From Coriobacteriaceae bacterium (GTDB lineage Bacteria; Actinomycetota; Coriobacteriia; Coriobacteriales; Eggerthellaceae), in assembly GCA_004555335.1 (NCBI GenBank), contig SFII01000001.1, positions 5,411 through 69,410 on the forward strand: a stretch of DNA of 64,000 bases, given 5' to 3'. Position numbers and translations under genes: made by a program. Below the pieces are notes generated by a model, which was not told the DNA's origin, searched no databases, and saw nothing but the letters and a program-made list of their open reading frames with translations. Of this stretch, positions 38,106-46,803 are shown in pieces. Numbering within the stretch: position 1 is the first letter of the stretch; every line of letters starts with the position of its first letter.

Positions 38106-39176
38106 ATGGCTGATGCGAATAAGGCGAACCGCGTACGTGAGATGTTCGATTCCGTTCGGGAGAAACCCGAATCCTTCGGCGAATACCTTGATTGCTATGC
38201 CGACCAGGTAGGCGATCTGGTCAATTCCTTCATCGTGCGTTCCGATCATCCCGGCATCAACGAATACCTCTACGATCCCTGGATCCGCTACAGCCGAAAC
38301 GGGGGCAAGAGGCATCGGCCCCTTATCGCGTTCGCATCCTGCCAGGCTGTCGGGGGCGACGTGGACAGGGCGCTTTCGGCTGCCGCTGCGATCGAGCATT
38401 TCCATTCGGCAGCGCTTGTGCATGACGATATCGCCGACGAAGGCGAGCTGCGCCGCGGCGAGCCCTGCCTGCACCATTCCCTGGGCTTGGGCCTTGCCAT
38501 CAACGTGGGCGATCTGGGCCTTTCCTGCATGGTCGAGGAAACGGTTCTGGAAGACGGGCTGCTCGATGATGCGACCAAAGTGCGCATTCTGAAGGAGCTC
38601 GCCCGCATGACGCGCGCCACCATCGAAGGCCAGGCACTCGATATCGGCTGGGCGCGCGATGAGCGCTACGATATCGGGGTGGAAGACTACCTGACCATGG
38701 CGACCCGCAAGACCGCGCAGTATTCCGCAGCGGTCCCCCTGGTGGTAGGGGCGATTGCGGGCGGCGCCGGCGATGGGGAAGTCGAGGCGCTGCGCAGCTT
38801 CGGCCTCGCTGCCGGGCTTGCCTTCCAGATCCAGGACGACCTGCTCAACCTGCTGGGTGAAAAGGGCGCGAAGAAGAAGGATTTCCGCAGCGACATCACC
38901 GAGGGGAAACGCACCCTCGTTGTCGTCCATGCGCTGCAGCATTCTTCTCGCCGCGACCGTTTGGTCGAAATCCTCTCCGGCAAGGAAAAGGATGCCGCCG
39001 TCTTGCAGGAGGCCGTGGATATCATGACCGAATCGGGCAGCATCGATTTCGCCTTGGAATATGCAAAGGGGATCGTCGATCGCGCCAAAGGGGAATTGAT
39101 TGCCTCGATTGCCCCCTCGCAGCCCCGCGATCTGCTCCTTTCCATGGCCGATTGGTCGGTCAGCAGATTGATATAA
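38106..39176 (+). CDS. polyprenyl diphosphate synthase (trans-isoprenyl, GGPP/long-chain type)
   Basis: First DDxxD motif ALVHDDIADEGELRRG. Second motif FQIQDDLLN. Confidence 0.9.
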   Translation: MADANKANRVREMFDSVREKPESFGEYLDCYADQVGDLVNSFIVRSDHPGINEYLYDPWIRYSRNGGKRHRPLIAFASCQAVGGDVDRALSAAAAIEHFHSAALVHDDIADEGELRRGEPCLHHSLGLGLAINVGDLGLSCMVEETVLEDGLLDDATKVRILKELARMTRATIEGQALDIGWARDERYDIGVEDYLTMATRKTAQYSAAVPLVVGAIAGGAGDGEVEALRSFGLAAGLAFQIQDDLLNLLGEKGAKKKDFRSDITEGKRTLVVVHALQHSSRRDRLVEILSGKEKDAAVLQEAVDIMTESGSIDFALEYAKGIVDRAKGELIASIAPSQPRDLLLSMADWSVSRLI

Positions 39177-39259
39177 CAACGTCCGCCTTTTCCGAAGCGG
39201 GCTCCTTTCACGTGTTTGCATTATTTCCCTGGCGATCCAGGTAGAAGGGTATAAGACCA

Positions 39260-40156
39260 ATGGAACTCATCCAGAAAAACGATACCGGTGCCGCGGTCGA
39301 AGATGTCCAAGGGAAGCTCGCCGAATTGGGCTTCCTGAATCCCTCCCAGGTGAATGGCGTTTTCGACGAGGACACCGAAGAGGCCCTGCTCGCTTTCTGC
39401 AGAAGCTCCGGTATCCCGGAGAGCAGGCAGGTGGGCGACAGGCTGTGGGCGGCGCTCATCGATGCGACCTTCCGCTTGGGGGATCGCACCTTGTATCTGC
39501 GCATGCCCCATTTCCACGGAAACGATGTCTTGCAGCTCCAGAATGCCCTGGGGGCCCTGGGCTTCCCCTGCGGCGGTGCCGACGGTATTTTCGGGGCCCA
39601 TACCGAAGATGCGTTGCGTAAATTCCAGATGAACATGGGTTTGCCCACCGATGGCATCGTGGGTGCGGCGACCTTCCGCGCCATCAACAACCTGCATCAT
39701 TCCTGGCAGGGGAAAAGCGAACCGCACGTCGCCTCCCATCTGGGCTTCGCGCGTGCGGCGGATGTGCTCGAGAACAACGCGCTCTGCCTGTTCGGAACCG
39801 ACGAATTCGCCAGGTCCGTTGCAACCCGCATGTCCAACCTGTCCCTCGCCACCAATCCCGCTTCCAGGATCATCAGTGCCGATTCCCTGTTGGTCGCGCC
39901 CGATGACGATATGCTGCTCGTGCACATCGTGGTCGATCGGCAGCAGGCATTCGAGAATGTTCCCTTCGTCACCTTCGACGACGAGGAAACCCTGAGCCTG
40001 CGACTGAAAAGCGCGATCGGCGCAGCCAACGCGGTTCCCCCGCGCATATCCATCTGCCTTCCCGGCACCCAGTGGGAGGATGCGGGCGAAAGCCGCTCCG
40101 CCCAGCATTTCGCAATCACCTTGCTCGACGCGCTCTGCGTCGCTCTTTCAGAATAG
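39260..40156 (+). CDS. protein with two peptidoglycan-binding (PG_binding_1) repeats and an unassigned C-terminal domain
   Basis: Two repeats of the pattern G..V..LQ..L..LG......DG.FG..T..A...FQ (residues about 8-65 and 80-135). The C-terminal 160 aa have no catalytic motif that I recognise. Confidence 0.7.
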   Translation: MELIQKNDTGAAVEDVQGKLAELGFLNPSQVNGVFDEDTEEALLAFCRSSGIPESRQVGDRLWAALIDATFRLGDRTLYLRMPHFHGNDVLQLQNALGALGFPCGGADGIFGAHTEDALRKFQMNMGLPTDGIVGAATFRAINNLHHSWQGKSEPHVASHLGFARAADVLENNALCLFGTDEFARSVATRMSNLSLATNPASRIISADSLLVAPDDDMLLVHIVVDRQQAFENVPFVTFDDEETLSLRLKSAIGAANAVPPRISICLPGTQWEDAGESRSAQHFAITLLDALCVALSE

Positions 40157-40175
40157 TCCCTTCCGAAAGGTTGCC

Positions 40176-41525
40176 ATGGAAACTTCCGCAATCATCCTTG
40201 CTGCCGGATCCGGCACGCGCATGAAGTCCGCAAAGCCCAAGGTCGCCCACGAGCTTCTGGGAAAGCCCCTGGTTCGCTGGGTGGTCGATGCCGCCCGCGA
40301 GGCGGGTGTGGGCACCGTCATCAGCGTCTTGGGGCACGGCATCGATGTGGTCCGTCCGCTGGTGGAGCATGACACCCAGGTCGTGGTGCAGCAGCAGCGC
40401 AACGGCACCGCCGATGCGGTTAACAGCGCTCGCGAGGCTTGCGAGGGCATGACCGGGTCCTTGCTCGTGCTGTCCGGTGACTGCCCGCTCATCAGGCCCG
40501 AGACCATCGCCGGTTTGGCGAGGGCGCGCGAGGAAGCCGACGCCGCGGTAGCCGTCCTCACCATGGAGGCCGAAAACCCCTTCGGCTACGGCCGCATCAT
40601 CCGCGATGCCCAAGGCCAGGTGGAGTGCATCGTCGAGCAGAAGGACTGCACTCCCGAGCAGGCTGCGGTGACCGAATGCAACTCGGGCTTCTACTGTTTC
40701 GACGCGCAGTATCTCTTCGACGCCTTGAATCGCGTTTCCAACGAGAACGCCCAGGGGGAGTTCTACCTGACCGACGTGATCGGCATCGCCCGTGCGGACG
40801 GTCGTTCTGTGGTGGCGCTTTGCGCCGAAGATCCCGAAGAATGCCTGGGCATCAATACCCGCCTGCAGCTTTCCGTTGCAGCCAAGGTGATGCAGCGCCG
40901 TATGAATACCGCATTCATGCTGGCGGGCGTGACCATGCTCGATCCCGAAACCGTCTGGATCGGCCCCGGCGTGACCATCGAGCAGGATGTCGAGCTCCTT
41001 CCGCAGACCATGCTCATGGGCAAGACCAGCGTTGCCTCCGGTTCCGTCATCGGTCCCAACACGCGATTGACCGACACCGTGGTCGGCCATGATTGCGTGC
41101 TCGATGAGACCGTTGCCGTCGAGGCGGTTATCGAGGACGGCTGCCATTGCGGCCCCCGTGCCTACCTGCGTCCCCAGACGCGCCTTTGCGAAGGTGCCAA
41201 GGCGGGCACCCATGTGGAAATCAAGAAGAGCACCATCGGCAAGGGGTCGAAGGTACCCCATCTCAGCTATATCGGCGATACCACCATGGGCGACGGCGTG
41301 AACATCGGCGCCGGTTCGATCACCTGCAACTACGATGGCCAGAACAAGTGGCCCACCGTGATCGGCGACAACACCTTCATCGGAAGCGACACCATGATGG
41401 TCGCCCCCGTCACCATCGGCGATGACGCCCTGGTGGGAGCGGGATCGGTTATCACTGCCGATGTTCCCGATGGGGCGCTCGCCCTGGGCCGTGCCCGCCA
41501 GATCATCAAGACGCAGCACAAATAG
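40176..41525 (+). CDS. glmU: bifunctional UDP-N-acetylglucosamine pyrophosphorylase / glucosamine-1-phosphate N-acetyltransferase
   Basis: AIILAAGSGTRMKS, followed by left-handed beta-helix hexapeptide repeats and NYDG.NK. Confidence 0.95.
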   Translation: METSAIILAAGSGTRMKSAKPKVAHELLGKPLVRWVVDAAREAGVGTVISVLGHGIDVVRPLVEHDTQVVVQQQRNGTADAVNSAREACEGMTGSLLVLSGDCPLIRPETIAGLARAREEADAAVAVLTMEAENPFGYGRIIRDAQGQVECIVEQKDCTPEQAAVTECNSGFYCFDAQYLFDALNRVSNENAQGEFYLTDVIGIARADGRSVVALCAEDPEECLGINTRLQLSVAAKVMQRRMNTAFMLAGVTMLDPETVWIGPGVTIEQDVELLPQTMLMGKTSVASGSVIGPNTRLTDTVVGHDCVLDETVAVEAVIEDGCHCGPRAYLRPQTRLCEGAKAGTHVEIKKSTIGKGSKVPHLSYIGDTTMGDGVNIGAGSITCNYDGQNKWPTVIGDNTFIGSDTMMVAPVTIGDDALVGAGSVITADVPDGALALGRARQIIKTQHK

Positions 41526-41634
41526 GAGTGCAGAGCGCGCAGGAGCGAAGAAAAAAGCCGGTTCGAAAAGAATCGGCGGAGTCCACGCGCTACAATATCC
41601 CAAGCAAGGAAAGCACCTCGATGTTAGGGGAGAC

Positions 41635-42612
41635 ATGATCAGCAACGAAATGAAGAAGACCCTGGCCGTCTTTTCCGGCTCCTGCAATCCCGAGCTGGCG
41701 GAGCAGGTTGCGGACTGCCTGGGCATTTCCCTGGGCAAGGTCCGTTTGGAGAAGTTCGCCAATGGTGAAATCTATGCGCGTTATCTGGAAAGCGTGCGCG
41801 GCGCAGACGTCTTCCTGATCCAGTCCGTGGCCGGCGAGCATGTCAACGATGCCCTCATGGAGCTGCTCATCATGGCAGATGCCGCGAAGCGCGCATCCGC
41901 CCGCACCATCACCGCGGTCGTCACCCATTACGGCTATTCCCGCCAGGACCGCAAGGCCGCTGCGCGCGAGCCCATCACCGCGAAGCTGGTTGCCGATCTG
42001 ATGTCCGTCTCCGGCGTAGGCCGAATCATCACCATCGACCTGCATCAGGGCCAGATCCAGGGCTTCTTCGACATTCCCGTCAATCATCTGACCGCCCTGA
42101 ATATCATGGCGGAATACTTCAAGGCCAAGAATTTCGACCCCGAGAAGCTGTGCGTCGTCAGCCCCGACCTGGGCCGTGCGAAGGCGGCGAAGAAGCTCGC
42201 CGACATTATGGGCGCCGACCTGGCTATCATGCATAAGGGCCGCCCCAAGCACAACCAGGCGGTTATCACCGCGCTGATCGGCGATGTCGAAGGCAAGATC
42301 TGCATCCTGAACGACGACATGATCGACACTGCGGGCTCTATCGTGGCAGCCGTGTCCACCCTGAAGGCGCGCGGTGCGGATAAGGTATATGTCTGCGCAA
42401 CCCATCCCGTCTTCTCCGGTCCTGCATACGAGCGCCTGGAGAATGCGGACATCGAAGAGGTCGTGGTCTGCAACACCATCCCGGTGCCCGAAGAGCATCG
42501 TAATGGCAAGATCAAGGTCGTGTCCGTGGCGCCTTTGTTTGCGCGCGCTATCGATGCGGTTTATTCCAACGGCTCCATCTCCGAGCTGTTCGATCCCGAT
42601 TTCGCCCTGTAG
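41635..42612 (+). CDS. prs: ribose-phosphate pyrophosphokinase
   Basis: FSGSCNPELA, FANGE, YGYSRQDRK, and the PRPP-binding loop ILNDDMIDTAGS. RBS AGGGGAGA. Confidence 0.95.
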   Translation: MISNEMKKTLAVFSGSCNPELAEQVADCLGISLGKVRLEKFANGEIYARYLESVRGADVFLIQSVAGEHVNDALMELLIMADAAKRASARTITAVVTHYGYSRQDRKAAAREPITAKLVADLMSVSGVGRIITIDLHQGQIQGFFDIPVNHLTALNIMAEYFKAKNFDPEKLCVVSPDLGRAKAAKKLADIMGADLAIMHKGRPKHNQAVITALIGDVEGKICILNDDMIDTAGSIVAAVSTLKARGADKVYVCATHPVFSGPAYERLENADIEEVVVCNTIPVPEEHRNGKIKVVSVAPLFARAIDAVYSNGSISELFDPDFAL

Positions 42613-42636
42613 GACGCTTTCGATCGTATTGTTTTC

Positions 42637-42665
42637 GGCGGATCCGGTTACGTGCCGGGTCCGCC
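42637..42665 (+). terminator. putative terminator hairpin after prs
   Basis: 11-bp stem GGCGGATCCGG / CCGGGTCCGCC. The U-tail is weak. Confidence 0.4.
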
Positions 42666-42692
42666 TTCGTATGGTATCTGATAGGAGGCCCA

Positions 42693-43256
42693 ATGGCGCT
42701 CTATCTCATCGTGGGGCTGGGAAACCCCGGAGAAGAATACGAGCATACCCGCCACAATGCCGGTTTCGACGCAATCGATTTGCTCGCCGAAGAAGCGGGG
42801 GTGCGGTATTGGAAGACGGAATGCGGAGCCCTGACGGGAAAGGGCGTCCTTGCCGGCGATGATGTGGTGTTGGCAAAGCCCCAGAGTTTCGTGAACCTAT
42901 CGGGCGGACCGGTGAAGCAGCTCTGCAATGCTTACGGCGTCAAGCCCGATCACCTGATCGTGATCCACGACGATCTGGATATCCTGCCGGGTGGCATCCG
43001 CGTGAAGTTCGGAGGCGGCCACGCCGGGCACAACGGCCTGCGCTCCATCTGCGACAAGCTGGGAACGCGCGACTGGTTCCGTGTGCGCTGCGGCATCGGC
43101 CGTCCCCCTGGACGCATGCCCGTTGCCGACTTCGTCCTGAAGCGCCCTCGTGGGGAGGAATTGGAAGATTTCCGCTACTCCTGCGACAGGGCGGCATCGG
43201 CCGTGCCCTTCTTGATGGAAAACGGCCTGGAGAAGACCCAGGCGCGCTTCAACTGA
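42693..43256 (+). CDS. pth: peptidyl-tRNA hydrolase
   Basis: LIVGLGNPG..Y..TRHNAGF, DDLD...G..R.K..GG..GHNGL.S. RBS AGGAGG. Confidence 0.95.
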   Translation: MALYLIVGLGNPGEEYEHTRHNAGFDAIDLLAEEAGVRYWKTECGALTGKGVLAGDDVVLAKPQSFVNLSGGPVKQLCNAYGVKPDHLIVIHDDLDILPGGIRVKFGGGHAGHNGLRSICDKLGTRDWFRVRCGIGRPPGRMPVADFVLKRPRGEELEDFRYSCDRAASAVPFLMENGLEKTQARFN

Positions 43257-43334
43257 GCGCATCGGGTAGCTGCTTGCAGGGGCTGGACTCCCCAGATTGC
43301 GGGAATTACCCTTAAATGAATAGGAAAATCACGT

Positions 43335-43360
43335 AAACGCACCCGCCGAGGTGCGTTTTC
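43335..43360 (+). terminator. rho-independent terminator after pth
   Basis: Stem AACGCACC / GGTGCGTT, followed by TTC. Confidence 0.6.
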
Positions 43361-43458
43361 GGTACAGGGGAACCCGGTTGCGCGTCCGCGTTGCGCCTGC
43401 AGCTGGGATTTGTGAGAAAATAAGCGGCGAGAAAACGCACAATGGAATAGGTCACGAC

Positions 43459-46400
43459 ATGTCTGCACGCTTTAACATCCTGCCGGCCGACGATCAGGCC
43501 GTTTCTGCATTGCAAACCAGTCTCGGCTTGCCCAGGTTCATCGCAACCACTTTGGTGGCACGCGGGGTATGCACTCCCCAGGCCGCCCGTGAATTCCTGA
43601 ACCCTTCCCTCGACCGCGATTGGGGCAATCCGTATGACATCCCCGGAATGGACGGGGTGGTCGAAGGCCTGGAAGGCGCCATACGGGCCGGAAGGCGCAT
43701 CGTCGTGTTCGGCGATTTCGATCTGGACGGCATCTCGGCGACTGCGGTGATGACCCGCGGGCTGCGCATGCTCGGCGCCGATGCCGTCCCATTCATCCCC
43801 CGCAGGTCGGACGAAGGCTACGGCATCACCGAAGCGGCGATAGAGCGCGTGATGGGGGAATCCCCCGATGTGCTGGTGACCGTCGACTGCGGTATCGCAT
43901 GCCGCGACGAGGTGCGGATCCTGCAGCGTCGCGGGGTGGAGGTGTTCATCACCGACCACCACGAGCCTGCCGATCTGGTGCCGGTCGATGTCCCCGTCTG
44001 CGACCCGAAGCTCGCCCCCGAATCACCGCAGTCCATCCTTGCGGGCGTCGGCGTGGCATTGAAGGTCATCCAGGCGCTCGGCGCCCGTTTCGGGCAGCCC
44101 CATCTCTGGCGCGAATACACCGACCTTGCAGCCCTGGGCACCATTGCCGACCTCATGCCCATGAAGGGCGACAACCGTGCGCTCGTCGCAGACGGCGTCG
44201 CGCGCATGAACGAGGCGCCCAGGCCCTGCATCGCGGCGCTTCTGGGCTGCGCAGGCGTTTTGGACAAGCCCGTTGCCGCGGTATCGCTTTCCTTCAGCAT
44301 CATCCCGCGCCTCAATGCCGCGGGCCGCATGGGCGATGCCCAGGTATCCTTGGACCTGTTGCTTTCCGATGATTTCGGGGAAGCGGCCGATAAGGCGGAG
44401 GAACTGGAGGGTATCAACGACCGCAGGCGCGCCATCGAGGCCGAATTGGTGGAGATCGCGATGGAGCAGGCGGTTGAAACCTACACGGGCCAGCGGGCTC
44501 TGGTGGTTTCCGGCGATGGCTGGCACGAGGGCGTGAAGGGTATCGTCGCAAGCCGGCTGGTGCGTACGTACGGCGTGCCTGTCATCCTGTTCACCATCGA
44601 CGAAGACGGGCAGGCAAGGGGTTCGGGGCGCAGCGTGGGCCACGTCAACCTGTTCAAGGCGGTCGAGAGCTGCTCCGATATCCTTACCCGTTTCGGTGGG
44701 CATGAGGCTGCGGTGGGCGTGACCCTGCCCGCCGACCGACTGGCGGAATTCCAAGACCGCCTTTGCGAATATATGGACAGCCTGCCCGAAGAGAACTTCC
44801 ATCCGCGCATCGCAATCGACAGCTGCGTCGACTTGTCCGAGTTGACCTTGGAAAACGTCGCCCTTCTGGACTCGCTGGCCCCCTTCGGCCAGGAAAACAG
44901 GCAACCTTGCTTCCTTGCGCGCGACGTGCTGCTCACGAAGGCCCGTGCGGTGGGTGCGGAAAAGAACCACTTCTCGTGCATGCTCACCGACGGCGTCAAT
45001 TCGGTTGCGGGAATCATGTTCCACGCTTCGGATATCGACATGCTCATGCGCTGCGACAGCGTGGTCAATGCGGCATTCGAAGTGCAGATCGACGAATGGC
45101 GCGGGAGGAAGAGCGTCAAGGCTATGATCGATTCTCTGGCTCCGGTGAAGATGTGCGGGGCCCTGGAGGCCTGCCTCGACCTGGATCGCGATTCCTTCGT
45201 GGCGGATCTGTATGCCTGCGGGGATTCCGTTGCGGCGCGCGAAGCGGGAAGCTTGGATTCGGGGGACGGGGAATCCGCCCACGAACTCGAGCAGGCAAGG
45301 GATGCATGGGAGGCGCGTATCGCCGAAAACCCCGGTTCCCTGCGTAAGCAGATCGTGCGCGCCCTGATCGGCGATGGGCAGCTGTTCAGGTCCCAGCGCC
45401 AGGTGCTCGATGCCTTGGGCAGGGGCGATTCCGTTCTGACCATCATGGCGACGGGAAGGGGCAAGTCGCTCACCTTCCAGACCTTCGCCGCGATGCAGGC
45501 GCTTTCCCGCCATCAGGCGAGCCTTCTGGTGTATCCGCTGCGCGCCCTCATTGCCGACCAGGCATTCCATATCACGCGCAGCCTGAGCAGGTTCGGGGTC
45601 ACGGCGGAGGTCCTGACGGGCGAATCCTCTCCCGACGAGCGCTGCCGCATCTTCGAGGGTCTGAGCCGTGGCGGGGTGGACATCGTGCTCACCACGCCCG
45701 AGTTCTTGGATATCCATGCGGAACAGTTCGCGAGCAGCGGGCGCATCGGCTTCCTCGTATGCGATGAGGCGCATCATATCGGACTTGCCAAAGCAGGCAA
45801 CAGGCCATCCTATGCGCGCATGGGGGAAGTGAAGCAGCGCCTGGGCAATCCTGCGGTATTGGCCCTGACTGCCACGGCGAATTCCGACATCGCCCGCGAT
45901 ATCCAGGAATCCCTCGGGATCAAGCGGCGCATCTTCGATGAGAGCCGCCGTCCCAACTTGAAGGTGGAAGACCGCCGCGGGATAAAGCGCAGGGAAAACT
46001 ACCTCGCCAACCTGATCGCGTCGGGGGAAAAGACGGTCGTCTATGTTAATTCCCGCCAGCAGTCGGTGTCCCTGGCGCGGCAGCTGCGTAAAATGGTCCC
46101 CCAGATGGCGCCCTTCGTCGGTTTCTACAATGCGGGGCTTTCCCGTGACGAGCGCAAGCGGGTCGAGGAGATGTTCAGGGACGGCGACCTGCATGTGCTG
46201 GTTTCCACGTCCGCCTTCGGCGAGGGGGTGAACATCCCCGACATCCGCCATGTGGTCCTGTACCATATGCCGTTCAACGAAATCGAATTCAACCAGATGA
46301 GCGGCAGGGCAGGCAGGGATGGCGAGGAGGCCGTGGTCCATTTCCTGTTCGGTCAGGACGACGCGTGCATCAACGAGCGCCTGCTGCTCGAATCCACGCC

Positions 46401-46797
46401 CGACCGCGACCATATGGCATGCGTATACCGCCAGCTCCGCACCATGCAGAGGGAGGCGGGACCGCGTCCGTTCGATGCGACGATTGCTGACATCGTTGCC
46501 GCCATCAACGATAATGGGGGCAGCCAGCAAACCGCTCCTGCCAGCGTGGCCTGCGCGATCTCCGTTTTCCGCGAGCTCGGCCTGGTCGAGACGGGTGCGG
46601 TTGGGGATGATGCGCGCCTGCGCTCCATACGCGTGGTCGATACCTGCCGGAAGGTGGAGCTTACCGATAGCGTGCGCTATAGAGAAGGGCTTGACGAGAT
46701 GGAGATCTTCCACTCGTTCTGCCAGTGGGTGCTTGCCAGCACCCAGGATGAGCTGCGCGACAGGATCATCGCGCCCATCCTGCCAGAGGAACTTTAG
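43459..46797 (+). CDS. recJ: RecJ single-stranded-DNA exonuclease fused to a RecQ-family helicase
   Basis: N-terminal half has DHH motifs VVFGDFDLDGISA, VDCG and ITDHHEP (43948-43965), plus DHHA1 GGHEAAVG. C-terminal half has Walker A MATGRGKS (45446-45469), DEAH VCDEAHHI (45757-45780), LALTATA, and the RecQ motif VI-like QMSGRAGRDG. It is a single uninterrupted 1112-aa frame. Confidence 0.85.
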   Translation: MSARFNILPADDQAVSALQTSLGLPRFIATTLVARGVCTPQAAREFLNPSLDRDWGNPYDIPGMDGVVEGLEGAIRAGRRIVVFGDFDLDGISATAVMTRGLRMLGADAVPFIPRRSDEGYGITEAAIERVMGESPDVLVTVDCGIACRDEVRILQRRGVEVFITDHHEPADLVPVDVPVCDPKLAPESPQSILAGVGVALKVIQALGARFGQPHLWREYTDLAALGTIADLMPMKGDNRALVADGVARMNEAPRPCIAALLGCAGVLDKPVAAVSLSFSIIPRLNAAGRMGDAQVSLDLLLSDDFGEAADKAEELEGINDRRRAIEAELVEIAMEQAVETYTGQRALVVSGDGWHEGVKGIVASRLVRTYGVPVILFTIDEDGQARGSGRSVGHVNLFKAVESCSDILTRFGGHEAAVGVTLPADRLAEFQDRLCEYMDSLPEENFHPRIAIDSCVDLSELTLENVALLDSLAPFGQENRQPCFLARDVLLTKARAVGAEKNHFSCMLTDGVNSVAGIMFHASDIDMLMRCDSVVNAAFEVQIDEWRGRKSVKAMIDSLAPVKMCGALEACLDLDRDSFVADLYACGDSVAAREAGSLDSGDGESAHELEQARDAWEARIAENPGSLRKQIVRALIGDGQLFRSQRQVLDALGRGDSVLTIMATGRGKSLTFQTFAAMQALSRHQASLLVYPLRALIADQAFHITRSLSRFGVTAEVLTGESSPDERCRIFEGLSRGGVDIVLTTPEFLDIHAEQFASSGRIGFLVCDEAHHIGLAKAGNRPSYARMGEVKQRLGNPAVLALTATANSDIARDIQESLGIKRRIFDESRRPNLKVEDRRGIKRRENYLANLIASGEKTVVYVNSRQQSVSLARQLRKMVPQMAPFVGFYNAGLSRDERKRVEEMFRDGDLHVLVSTSAFGEGVNIPDIRHVVLYHMPFNEIEFNQMSGRAGRDGEEAVVHFLFGQDDACINERLLLESTPDRDHMACVYRQLRTMQREAGPRPFDATIADIVAAINDNGGSQQTAPASVACAISVFRELGLVETGAVGDDARLRSIRVVDTCRKVELTDSVRYREGLDEMEIFHSFCQWVLASTQDELRDRIIAPILPEEL

Positions 46798-46803
46798 GAC
46801 TGA

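Noticed and set aside
43257-43458. Expectation of mfd directly after pth
   Set aside because: The long ORF after pth has RecJ DHH/DHHA1 motifs and RecQ helicase motifs, not the UvrB-homology/RID/translocase organisation of Mfd.
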